A DNA stretch of 64,000 nt, taken from assembly GCA_964016885.1 (NCBI GenBank), contig OZ024742.1:167462001-167526000 (forward strand), read 5' to 3'. The notes beneath the pieces are model-generated. The model did no database searches, was not told the DNA's origin, and saw only the letters and a list, made by a program, of their open reading frames with translations. This document shows positions 38,576 through 51,500 of this stretch, in pieces (the stretch's first letter is position 1; the number at the start of each line of letters is the position of its first letter). Origin of the DNA: Eledone cirrhosa (Eukaryota). Position numbers and translations under genes: made by a program.

Positions 38576-39597
38576 CAAAATCAAGGTCAGATAATTTCCA
38601 GCTGTCCAAGGGGAGATAATTTCCAGCCGTGCAAGGGGAGATAATTTCCAGCCGTCCAAGGGGAGATAATTTCCATCCTTCCAAGGGGAGATAATTTCCA
38701 GCCGTCCAAGGGGAGATAATTTCCCGCCAGCCAAGGAAAGATAATTTTTTAAAAAATCAGGCGGAGATTGTAAAAAAAATCAGGGGGAGATAATTTGTAA
38801 AAAAATCAGGAGGAGATAATTTGTAAAAAAATCAAGGGGAGATAATTTCCAGCTGTCCAAGGGGAGGTAATATCTAGCCGTCCAAGGGGAGATAATTTTC
38901 AGCCGTCCAAGGGGAGATAATTTCCAGCCGTCCAAGGGTAGATAATATCCAGCCGTCCAAGGAGACATATTTTCCAGCCGTCCAAGGAGAGGTAATTTCT
39001 AGCCGTCCAAGTGGAGATAAATTCCAGCCTCCAAGGGGAGATAATTTCCAGCCAGCCAAGGGGAGATAATTTGTAAAAAAATCAGGGGGAGATAATTTGT
39101 AAAAAAAATCAGGGGGAGATAATTTGTAAAAAAAAATCAGGGGGAGATAATTTGTAAAAAAAATCAGGGGGAGATAATTTGTAAAAAAAATCAAGGGGAG
39201 ATAATTTCCAGCCGTCCAAGGAGAGATAATTTAAAAAAAAAATCAGGCGGAGATAATTTGTAAAAAAAAATCAGGGGGAGATAATTTGTAAAAAAAAATC
39301 AGGGGGAGATAATTTGTAAAAAAAATCAAGGGGAGATAATTTCCAGCCGTCCAAGGGGAGATAATTTTCAGCCGTCCAAGGGGAGATAATTTCCAGCCGT
39401 CCAAGGGGAGATAATTTAAAAAAAAAATCAGGCGGAGATAATTTGTAAAAAAAATCAAGGGTAGATAATTTGCAACCGTCCAAGGGGACATAATTTTCAG
39501 TCGTCCAAGGAGAGGTAATTTCTAGCCGTACAAGGGGAGATAATTTCCAGCCGTCCAAGGGGAGATAATTTCCAGCCGTCCAAGGGGAGATAATTTT

Positions 39598-42500
39598 CAG
39601 CCGTCCAAGGGTAGATAATATCCAGCCGTCCAAGTAGACATATTTTCCAGCCGTCCAAGGAGATGTAATTTCTAGCCGTCCAAGGGGAGATAAATTCCAG
39701 CCTCCAAGGGGAGATAATTTCCAGCCAGCCAAGGGGAGATAATTTGTAAAAAAATCAGGGGGAGATAATTTGTAAAAAAAATCAGGGGGAGATAATTTGT
39801 AAAAAAAAATCAGGGGGAGATAATTTGTAAAAAAAAATCAGGGGGAGATAATTTGTAAAAAAAAATCAGGGGGAGATAATTTCCAGCCGTCCAAGGGGAG
39901 ATAATTTCCAGCCGTCCAAGGGTAGATAATATCCAGCCGTCCAAGTAGACATTTTCCAGCCGTCCAAGGAGAGGTAATTTCTAGCCGTCCAAGGGGAGAT
40001 AAATTCCAGCCTCCAAGGGAAGATAATTTCCAGCCAGCCAAGGGGAGATAATTTGTAAAAAAATCAGGGGGAGATAATTTGTAAAAAAAATCAGGGGGAG
40101 ATAATTTGTAAAAAAAAATCAGGGGGAGATAATTTGTAAAAAAAATCAGGGGGAGATAATTTGTAAAAAAAATCAAGGGGAGATAATTTCCAGCCGTCCA
40201 AGGGGAGATAATTTTCAGCCGTCCAAGGGGAGATAATTTCCAGCCGTCCAAGGGGAGATAATTTCCATCCTTCCAAGGGGAGATAATTTCCAGCCGTCCA
40301 AGGGGAGATAATTTTCAGCCGTCCAAGGGGAGATAATTTCCAGCCGTCCAAGGGGAGATAATTTCCAGCCGTCCAAGGGGAAATAATTTTTTTAAAAAAA
40401 TCAGGCGGAGATAATTTGTAAAAAAAATCAGGGGGAGATAATTTGTAAAAAAAAATCAGGGGGAGATAATTTGTAAAAAAAAATCAGGGGGAGATAATTT
40501 CCAGCCGTCCAAGGTAAGATAATTTCCAGCCCTCCAAGGGGCTATAATTTCCAGCATCCAAGGGGAGATAATTTCCAGCCGTCCAAGGGTAGATAATATC
40601 CAGCCGTCCAAGTAGACATATTTTCCAGCCGTCCAAGGAGAGGTAATTTCTAGCCGTCCAAGGGGAGATAAATTCCAGCCTCCAAGGGGAGATAATTTCC
40701 AGCCAGCCAAGGGGAGATAATTTGTAAAAAAATCAGGGGGAGATAATTTGTAAAAAAAATCAGGGGGAGATAATTTGTAAAAAAAAATCAGGGGGAGATA
40801 ATTTGTAAAAAAAAATCAGGGGGAGATAATTTGTAAAAAAAAATCAGGGGGAGATAATTTCCAGCCGTCCAAGGGGAGATAATTTTCAGCCGTCCAAGGG
40901 TAGATAATATCCAGCCGTCCAAGTAGACATTTTCCAGCCGTCCAAGGAGAGGTAATTTCTAGCCGTCCAAGGGGAGATAAATTCCAGCCTCCAAGGGGAG
41001 ATAATTTCCAGCCAGCCAAGGGGAGATAATTTGTAAAAAAATCAGGGGGAGATAATTTGTAAAAAAAATCAGGGGGAGATAATTTGTAAAAAAAAATCAG
41101 GGGGAGATAATTTGTAAAAAAAATCAGGGGGAGATAATTTGTAAAAAAAAATCAGGGGGAGATAATTTGTAAAAAAAATCAAGGGGAGATAATTTCCAGC
41201 CGTCCAAGGGGAGATAATTTTCAGCCGTCCAAGGGGAGATAATTTCCAGCCGTCCAAGGGGAGATAATTTCCATCCTTCCAAGGGGAGATAATTTCCAGC
41301 CGTCCAAGGGGAGATAATTTTCAGTCGTCCAAGGGGAGATAATTTCCCGCCAGCCAAGGGAAGATAATATTTTAAAAAATCAGGCGGAGATAATTTGTAA
41401 AAAAATCAGGGGGAGATAATTTGTAAAAAAAAAATCAGGGGGAGATAATTTGTAAAAAAAATCAGGGGGAGATAATTTGTAAAAAAAAAATCAGGAGTAG
41501 ATAATTTGTAAAAAAAAATCAGGGGGAGATAATTTGTAAAAAAAAAATCAGGGGGAGATAATTTGTAAAAAAAATCAGGGGGAGATAATTTGTAAAAAAA
41601 AATCAGGGGGAGATAATTTCCAGCCGTCCAAGGGGAGATAATTTTCAGCCGTCCAAGGGGAGATAATTTCCCGCCAGCCAAGGGAAGATAATATTTAAAA
41701 AAATCAGGCGGAGATAATTTGTAAAAAAAATCAGGGGGAGATAATTTGTAAAAAAATCAGGGGGAGATAATTTGTAAAAAAAATCAAGGGGAGATAATTT
41801 CCAGCCGTCCAAGGGGAGGTAATATCTAGCCGTCCAAGGGGAGATAATTTCCAGCCGTCCAACAGGAGATAATTTCCAGCCGTCCAAGGGTAGATAATAT
41901 CCAGCCGTCCAAGGAGACATATTTTCCAGCCGTCCAAGGAGAGGTAATTTCTAGCCGTCCAAGGGGAGATAAATTCCAGCCTCCAAGGGGAGATAATTTC
42001 CAGCCAGCCAAGGGGAGATAATTTGTAAAAAAAATCAGGGGGAGATAATTTGTAAAAAAAATCAGGGGGAGATAATTTGTAAAAAAAAATCAGGGGGAGA
42101 TAATTTGTAAAAAAAATCAGGGGGAGATAATTTGTAAAAAAAAATCAAGGGGAGATAATTTCCAGCCGTCCAAGGGGAGATAATTTTCAGCCGCCCAAGG
42201 GCAGATAATTTCCCGCCAGCCAAGGGAAGATAATATTTAAAAAATCAGGCGGAGATAATTTGTAAAAAAAATCAGGGGGAGATAATTTGTAAAAAAATCA
42301 GGGGGAGATAATTTGTAAAAAAAAAATCAGGGGGAGATAATTTGTAAAAGAAATCAGGGGGAGATGATTTGTAAAAAAAAATCAGGGGTAGATAATTTGT
42401 AAAAAAAAATCAGGGGGAGATAATTTGTAAAAAAAAATCAGGGGGAGATAATTTGTAAAAAAAATCAAGGGGAGATAATTTCCAGCCGTCGAAGGGAAGA

Positions 42501-45500
42501 TAATTTCCAGCCCTCCAAGGGGCTATAATTTCCAGCGTCCAAGGGGAGATAATTTCCAGCCGTCCAAGGGGAGATAATTTCCAGCCGTCCAAGGGTAGAT
42601 AATATCCAGCCGTCCAAGTAGACATTTTCCAGCCGTCCAAGGAGAGGTAATTTCTAGCCGTCCAGGGGGAGATAAATTCCAGCCTCCAAGGGAAGATAAT
42701 TTCCAGCCAGCCAAGGGGAGATAATTTGTAAAAAAAAATCAGGGGGAGATAATTTGTAAAAAAAAATCAGGGGGAGATAATTTGTAAAAAAAAATCAGGG
42801 GGAGATAATTTGTAAAAAAAATCAGGGGGAGATAATTTGTAAAAAAAATCAAGGGGAGATAATTTCCAGCCGTCCAAGGGGAGATAATTTTCAGCCGTCC
42901 AAGGGGAGATAATTTCCAGCCGTCCAAGGGGAGATAATTTCCATCCTTCCAAGGGGAGATAATTTCCAGCCGTCCAAGGGGAGATAATTTTCAGCCGTCC
43001 AAGGGGAGATAATTTCCCGCCAGCCAAGGGAAGATAATATTTTAAAAAATCAGGCGGAGATAATTTGTAAAAAAAATCAGGGGGAGATAATTTGTAAAAA
43101 AATCAGGGGGAGATAATTTGTAAAAAAAAAATCAGGGGGAGATAATTTGTAAAAAAAATCAGGGGGAGATAATTTGTAAAAAAAAATCAGGGGTAGATAA
43201 TTTGTAAAAAAAAATCAGGGGGAGATAATTTGTAAAAAAAAAATCAGGGGGAGATAATTTGTAAAAAAAATCAAGGGGGAGATAATTTCCAGCCGTCCAA
43301 GGTAAGATAATTTCCAGCACTCCAACGGGCTATAATTTGCAGTGTCCAAGGGGAGATAATTTCCAGCCAGCGAAGGGGAGATAATTTTTTAAAAAAAATC
43401 AGGGGGAGATATGTAAAAAAAATCAGAGGGGGATAATTTCTAAAAAAAATCAAAGGGAGATAATTTCCAGCCGTCCAAAGAGAGATAATTTCTAGCCGTC
43501 CAAGGGGAGATAATTTCCAGCCAAGGGGAGATAATTTCCAGCCGTCCAAGGGGAGATAATTATTTAAAAAATCAGGTGGAGATAATTTGTAAAAAAAATC
43601 AGGGGGAGATAATTTGTAAAAACAAAATCAAGGGCAGATAATTTCCAGCTGTCCAAGGGGAGATAATTTCCAGCCGTGCAAGGGGAGATAATTTCCAGCC
43701 GTCCAAGGGGAGATAATTTCCATCCTTCCAAGGGGAGATAATTTCCAGCCGTCCAAGGGGAGATAATTTCCCGCCAGCCAAGGGAAGATAATTTTTTAAA
43801 AAATCAGGCGGAGATTGTAAAAAAAATCAGGGGGAGATAATTTGTAAAAAAATCAGGAGGAGATAATTTGTAAAAAAATCAAGGGGAGATAATTTCCAGC
43901 TGTCCAAGGGGAGGTAATATCTAGCCGTCCAAGGGGAGATAATTTTCAGCCGTCCAAGGGGAGATAATTTCCAGCCGTCCAAGGGTAGATAATATCCAGC
44001 CGTCCAAGGAGACATATTTTCCAGCCGTCCAAGGAGAGGTAATTTCTAGCCGTCCAAGTGGAGATAAATTCCAGCCTCCAAGGGGAGATAATTTCCAGCC
44101 AGCCAAGGGGAGATAATTTGTAAAAAAATCAGGGGGAGATAATTTGTAAAAAAAATCAGGGGGAGATAATTTGTAAAAAAAAATCAGGGGGAGAAAATTT
44201 GTAAAAAAAATCAGGGGGAGATAATTTGTAAAAAAAATCAAGGGGAGATAATTTCCAGCCGTCCAAGGAGAGATAATTTTAAAAAAAAATCAGGCGGAGA
44301 TAATTTGTAAAAAAAAATCAGGGGGAGATAATTTGTAAAAAAAAATCAGGGGGAGATAATTTGTAAAAAAAATCAAGGGGAGATAATTTCCAGCCGTCCA
44401 AGGGGAGATAATTTTCAGCCGTCCAAGGGGAGATAATTTCCAGCCGTCCAAGGGGAGATAATTTTAAAAAAAAATCAGGCGGAGATAATTTGTAAAAAAA
44501 ATCAAGGGGAGATAATTTGCAACCGTCCAAGGGGACATAATTTTCAGTCGTCCAAGGAGAGGTAATTTCTAGCCGTACAAGGGGAGATAATTTCCAGCCG
44601 TCCAAGGGGAGATAATTTCCAGCCGTCCAAGGGGAGATAATTTTTTTTTAAAAATCAGGCGGAGATAATTTGTAAAAAAAAAATCAGGGGGAGATAATTT
44701 GTAAAAAAAAATCAGGGGGAGATAATTTGTAAAAAAAAATCAGGGGGAGATAATTTGTAAAAAAAATCAAGGGGAGATAATTTCCAGCCGTCAAAGGGAA
44801 GATAATTTCCAGCCCTCCAAGGGGCTATAATTTCCAGCGTCCAAGGGGAGATAATTTCCAGCCAGCGAAGGGGACATAATTGTTTTAAAAAAATCATTGG
44901 GAGATTTGTAAAAAAAATCAGGGGGAGATAATTAATAAAAAAAATCAAGGGGAGATAATTTCCAGCCGTCCAAGGGGAGGTAATATCTAGCCGTCCAAGG
45001 GGAGATAATTTCCAGCCGTCCAAGGGGAGATAATTTCTAGCCGTCCAAGAGTAGATAATATCCAGCCGTCCAAGGAGACATATTTTCCAGCCGTCCAAGG
45101 AGAGGTAATTTCTAGCCGTCCAAGGGGAGATAAATTCCAGCCTCCAAGGGGAGATAATTTCCAGCCAGCCAAGGGGAGATAATTTGTAAAAAAATCAGGG
45201 GGAGATAATTTGTAAAATAAATCAGGGGTAGATAATTTGTAAAAAAAAATCAGGGGGAGATAATTTGTAAAAAAAAATCAGGGGGAGATAATTTGTAAAA
45301 AAAATCAAGGGGAGATAATTTCCAGCCGTCCAAGGAGAGATAATTTAAAAAAAAATCAGGCGGAGATAATTTGTAAAAAAAAATCAGGGGGAGATAATTT
45401 GTAAAAAAAAATCAGGGGGAGATAATTTGTAAAAAAAATCAAGGGGAGATAATTTCCAGCCGTCCAAGGGGAGATAATTTCCAGCCGTCCAAGGGGAAAT

Positions 45501-48500
45501 AATTTTTTTAAAAAAATCAGGCGGAGATAATTTGTAAAAAAAATCAGGGGGAGATAATTTGTAAAAAAAAATCAGGGGGAGATAATTTGTAAAAAAAATC
45601 AGGGGGAGATAATTTCCAGCCGTCCAAGGTAAGATAATTTCCAGCCCTCCAAGGGGCTATAATTTCCAGCATCCAAGGGGAGATAATTTCCAGCCGTCCA
45701 AGTAGACATATTTTCCAGCCGTCCAAGGAGAGGTAATTTCTAGCCGTCCAAGGGGAGATAAATTCCAGCCTCCAAGGGGGGATAATTTCCAGCCAGCCAA
45801 GGGGAGATAATTTGTAAAAAAATCAGGGGGAGATAATTTGTAAAAAAAATCAGGGGTAGATAATTTGTAAAAAAAAATCAGGGGGAGATAATTTGTAAAA
45901 AAAAATCAGGGGGAGATAATTTGTAAAAAAAAATCAGGGGGAGATAATTTCCAGCCGTCCAAGGGGAGATAATTTTCAGCCGTCCAAGGGTAGATAATAT
46001 CCAGCCGTCCACGTAGACATTTTCCAGCCGTCCAAGGAGAGGTAATTTCTAGCCGTCCAAGGGGAGATAAATTCCAGCCTCCAAGGGGAGATAATTTCCA
46101 GCCAGCCAAGGGGAGATAATTTGTAAAAAAATCAGGGGGAGATAATTTGTAAAAAAAATCAGGGGGAGATAATTTGTAAAAAAAAATCAGGGAGATAATT
46201 TGTAAAAAAAAATCAGGGGGAGATAATTTGTAAAAAAAAAATCAGGGGGAGATAATTTGTAAAAAAAATCAAGGGGAGATAATTTCCAGCCGTCCAAGGG
46301 GAGATAATTTTCAGCCGTCCAAGGGGAGATAATTTCCAGCCGTCCAAGGGGAGATAATTTCCATCCTTCCAAGGGGAGATAATTTCCAGCCGTCCAAGGG
46401 GAGATAATTTTCAGTCGTCCAAGGGGAGATAATTTCCCGCCAGCCAAGGGAAGATAATATTTTAAAAAATCAGGCGGAGATAATTTGTAAAAAAAAATCA
46501 GGGGGAGATAATTTGTAAAAAAATCAGGGGGAGATAATTTGTAAAAAAAAATCAGGGGGAGATAATTTGTAAAAAAAATCAGGGGGAGATAATTTGTAAA
46601 AAAAAAATCAGGGGTAGATAATTTGTAAAAAAAAATCAGGGGGAGATAATTTGTAAAAAAAAAATCAGGGGGAGATAATTTGTAAAAAAAATCAGGGGGA
46701 GATAATTTGTAAAAAAAAATCAGGGGGAGATAATTTCCAGCCGTCCAAGGGGAGATAATTTTCAGCCGTCCAAGGGGAGATAATTTCCCGCCAGCCAAGG
46801 GAAGATAATATTTAAAAAAATCAGGCGGAGATAATTTGTAAAAAAAAATCAGGGGGAGATAATTTGTAAAAAAATCAGGGGGAGATAATTTGTAAAAAAA
46901 ATCAAGGGGAGATAATTTCCAGCCGTCCAAGGGGAGGTAATATCTAGCCGTCCAAGGGGAGATAATTTCCAGCCGTCCAACAGGAGATAATTTCCAGCCG
47001 TCCAAGGGTAGATAATATCCAGCCGTCCAAGGAGACATATTTTCCAGCCGTCCAAGGAGAGGTAATTTCTAGCCGTCCAAGGGGAGATAAATTCCAGCCT
47101 CCAAGGGGAGATAATTTCCAGCCAGCCAAGGGGAGATAATTTGTAAAAAAAATCAGGGGGAGATAATTTGTAAAAAAAATCAGGGGGAGATAATTTGTAA
47201 AAAAAAATCAGGGGGAGATAATTTGTAAAAAAAATCAGGGGGAGATAATTTGTAAAAAAAAATCAAGGGGAGATAATTTCCAGCCGTCCAAGGGGAGATA
47301 ATTTTCAGCCGCCCAAGGGGAAATAATTTCCCGCCAGCCAAGGTTATATAATATTTAAAAAATCAGGCGGAGATAATTTGTAAAAAAAATCAGGGGGAGA
47401 TAATTTGTAAAAAAATCAGGGGGAGATAATTTGTAAAAAAAAAATCAGGGGGAGATAATTTGTAAAAGAAATCAGGGGGAGATGATTTGTAAAAAAAAAT
47501 CAGGGGTAGATAATTTGTAAAAAAAAATCAGGGGGAGATAATTTGTAAAAAAAAATCAGGGGGAGATAATTTGTAAAAAAAAATCAAGGGGAGATAATTT
47601 CCAGCCGTCGAAGGGAAGATAATTTCCAGCCCTCCAAGGGGCTATAATTTCCAGCGTCCAAGGGGAGATAATTTCCAGCCGTCCAAGGGGAGATAATTTC
47701 CAGCCGTCCAAGGGTAGATAATATCCAGCCGTCCAAGTAGACATTTTCCAGCCGTCCAAGGAGAGGTAATTTCTAGCCGTCCAAGGGGAGATAAATTCCA
47801 GCCTCCAAGGGAAGATAATTTCCAGCCAGCCAAGGGGAGATAATTTGTAAAAAAATCAGGGGGAGATAATTTGTAAAAAAAAATCAGGGGGAGATAATTT
47901 GTAAAAAAAAATCAGGGGGAGATAATTTGTAAAAAAAAATCAGGGGGAGATAATTTGTAAAAAAAATCAGGGGGAGATAATTTGTAAAAAAAATCAAGGG
48001 GAGATAATTTCCAGCCGTCCAAGGGGAGATAATTTCCAGCCGTCCAAGGGGAGATAATTTTTTAAAAAAAATCAGGCGGAGATAATTTGTAAAAAAAATC
48101 AGGGGGAGATAATTAATAAAAAAAATCAAGGGGAAATAATTCCCAGCCGTCCAAGGGGAGGTAATATCTAGCCGTCCAAGGGGAGATAATTTCCAGCCGT
48201 CCAAGGGGAGATAATTTCCAGCCGTCCAAGGGTAGATAATATCCAGCCGTCCAAGGAGACATATTTTCCAGCCGTCCAAGGAGAGGTAATTTCTAGCCGT
48301 CCAAGGGGAGATAAATTCCAGCCTCCAAGGGGAGATAATTTCCAGCCAGCCAAGGGGAGATAATTTGTAAAAAAATCAGGGGGAGATAATTTGTAAAATA
48401 AATCAGGGGTAGATAATTTGTAAAAAAAAATCAGGGGGAGATAATTTGTAAAAAAAAATCAGGGGGAGATAATTTGTAAAAAAAATCAAGGGGAGATAAT

Positions 48501-51500
48501 TTCCAGCCGTCCAAGGAGAGATAATTTAAAAAAAAAATCAGGCGGAGATAATTTGTAAAAAAAAATCAGGGGGAGATAATTTGTAAAAAAAAATCAGGGG
48601 GAGATAATTTGTAAAAAAAATCAAGGGGAGATAATTTCCAGCCGTCCAAGGGGAGATAATTTCCAGCCGTCCAAGGGGAAATAATTTTTTTAAAAAAATC
48701 AGGCGGAGATAATTTGTAAAAAAAATCAGGGGGAGATAATTTGTAAAAAAAAATCAGGGGGAGATAATTTGTAAAAAAAAATCAGGGGGAGATAATTTCC
48801 AGCCGTCCAAGGTAAGATAATTTCCAGCCCTCCAAGGGGCTATAATTTCCAGCATCCAAGGGGAGATAATTTCCAGCCGTCCAAGGGTAGATAATATCCA
48901 GCCGTCCAAGTAGACATATTTTCCAGCCGTCCAAGGAGAGGTAATTTCTAGCCGTCCAAGGGGAGATAAATTACAGCCTCCAAGGGGAGATAATTTCCAG
49001 CCGTCCAAGGGGAGATAATTTAAAAAAAAAAACAGGCGAAGATAATTTGTAAAAAAAAAATCAGGGGGAGATAATTTGTAAAAAAAAATCAGGGGGAGAT
49101 AATTTGTAAAAAAAAATCAGGGGGAGGTAATTTGTGAAAAAAAATCAAGGGGAGATAATTTCCAGCCGTCCAAGGGAAGATAATTTCCAGCCCTCCAAGG
49201 GGCTATAATTTCCAGCGTCCAAGGGGAGATAATTTCCAGCCAGCGAAGGGGAGATAATTTTTTTTTTTTTAAATCAGGGGGACATAATTTGTAAAAAAAA
49301 TCAGGGGGAGATAATTTGTAAAAAAAATCAAGGGGAGATAATTTTAAAAAAAAAATCAGGGGGAGATAATTTGTAAAAAAAAATCAGGGGGAGATAATTT
49401 GTAAAAAAAATCAAGGGGAGATAATTTGTAAAAAAAAATCAAGGGGAGATAATTTCCAGCCGTCCAAGGGGAGATAATTTTCAGCCGTCCAAGGGGAGAT
49501 AATTTCCCGCCAGCCAAGGAAAGATAATATTTAAAAAAATCAGGCGGAGATAATTTGTAAAAAAAATCAGGGGGAGATAATTTGTAAAAAAATCAGGGGG
49601 AGATAATTTGTAAAAAAAAAATCAGGGGGAGATAATTTGTAAAAAAAATCAGGGGGAGATAATTTGTAAAAAAAAATCAGGGGGAGATAATTTGTAAAAA
49701 AAAATCAGGGGGAGATAATTTGTAAAAAAAATCAATTGGAGATAATTTCCAGCCGTCCAAGGGGAGATAATTTTCAGCCGTCCAAGGAGAGGTAATTTCT
49801 AGACGTCCAAGGGGAGATAATTTCCAGCCGTCCAAGGGGAGATAATTTCCAGCCGTCCAAGGGTAGATAATATCCAGCCGTCCAAGGAGACATATTTTCC
49901 AGCTTTCCAAGGAGAGGTAATTTCTAGCCGTCCAAGGGGAGATAAATTCCAGCCTCCAAGGGGAGATAATTTCCAGCCAGCCAAGGGGAGATAATTTGTA
50001 AAAAAATCAGGGGGAGATAATTTGTAAAAAAAAATCAGGGGCAGATAATTTGTAAAAAAAATCAGGGGGAGATAATTTGTAAAAAAAATCAGGGGGAGAT
50101 AATTTGTAAAAAAAATCAAGGGGAGATAATTTCCAGCCGTCCAAGGGGAGATAATTTTCAGCCGTCCAAGGGGAGATAATTTCCCGCCAGCCAAGGGAAG
50201 ATAATATTTAAAAAATGAGGCGGAGATAATTTGTAAAAAAAATCAGGGGGAGATAATTTGTAAAAAAATCAGGGGGAGATAATTTGTAAAAAAAAAATCA
50301 GGGAGAGATAATTTGTAAAAAAAATCAGGGGGAGATAATTTGTAAAAAAAAATCAGGGGTAGATAATTTGTAAAAAAAAATCAGGGGGAGATAATTTGTA
50401 AAAAAAATCAGGGGGAGATAATTTGTAAAAAAAATCAAGGGGAGATAATTTCCAGCCGTCCAAGGGAAGATAATTTCAAGCCCTCCAAGGGGCTATAATT
50501 TCCAGTGTCCAAGGGGAGATAATTTCCAGCCAGCGAAGGGGAGATAATTTTTTTTTTTAAATCAGGGGGAGATTTGTACAAAAAATCAGGGGGAGATAAT
50601 TTGTAAAAAAAATCAAAGGGAGATAATTTCCAGCCGTCCAAAGAGAGATAATTTCTAGCCGTCCAAGGGGAGATAATTTCGAGCCAAGGGGAGATAATTT
50701 CCAGCCGTCCAAGGGGAGATAATTTTTTAAAAAATCAGGTGGAGATAATTTGTAAAAAAAATCAGGGGGAGATAATTTGTAAAAACAAAATCAAGGGCAG
50801 ATAATTTCCAGCTGTCCAAGGGGAGATAATTTCCAGCCGTGCAAGGGGAGATAATTTCCAGCCGTCCAAGGGGAGATAATTTCCATCCTTCCAAGGGGAG
50901 ATAATTTCCAGCCGTCCAAGGGGAGATAATTTCCCGCCAGCCAAGGGAAGATAATTTTTTAAAAAATCAGGCGGAGATTGTAAAAAAAATCAGGGGGAGA
51001 TAATTTGTAAAAAAATCAGGGGGAGATAATTTCCAGCTGTCCAAGGGGAGGTAATATCTAGCCGTCCAAGGGGAGATAATTTCCAGCCGTCCAAGGGGAG
51101 ATAAATTCCATCCGTCCAAGGGTAGATAATATCCAGCCGTCCAAGGAGACATATTTTCCAGCCGTCCAAGGAGAGGTAATTTCTAGCCGTCCAAGTGGAG
51201 ATAAATTACAGCCTCCAAGGGGAGATAATTTCCATCCTTCCAAGGGGAGATAATTTCCAGCCGTCCAAGGGGAGATAATTTCCCGCCAGCCAAGGGAAGA
51301 TAATTTTTTAAAAAATCAGGCGGAGATTGTAAAAAAAATCAGGGGGAGATAATTTGTAAAAAAAATCAGGGGGAGATAATTTGTAAAAAAAATCAGGGGG
51401 AGATAATTTGTAAAAAAAATCAGGGGGAGATAATTTGTAAAAAAAATCAAGGGGAGATAATTTCCAGCCGTCCAAGGAGAGATAATTTAAAAAAAAAATC

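Larger units (their letters stand above)
9626..39597 (+). repeat. 29,972-bp macro-repeat unit, copy 1
   Basis: ORFs from 9866 to 33713 recur at +29972 or +29973. Private variants are shared, e.g. GAGATGTAAT (9692/39664), CCACGTAG (~16040/46012) and GGTTATATAAT (17370/47342). Confidence 0.95.
18114..39597 (+). repeat. Tandem duplication: ~18114-29675 and ~29676-39597
   Basis: Offsets of 11562, 11561, 11489, then ~10045-10209. Shared rare variants: ATAATTCCCAG (18170/29732), TCTAGA (19826/31388), T13 run (19286/30848), GATAATTATCAG (~27525/37705), CAAGGAAAGA (~28551/38732). Confidence 0.85.
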
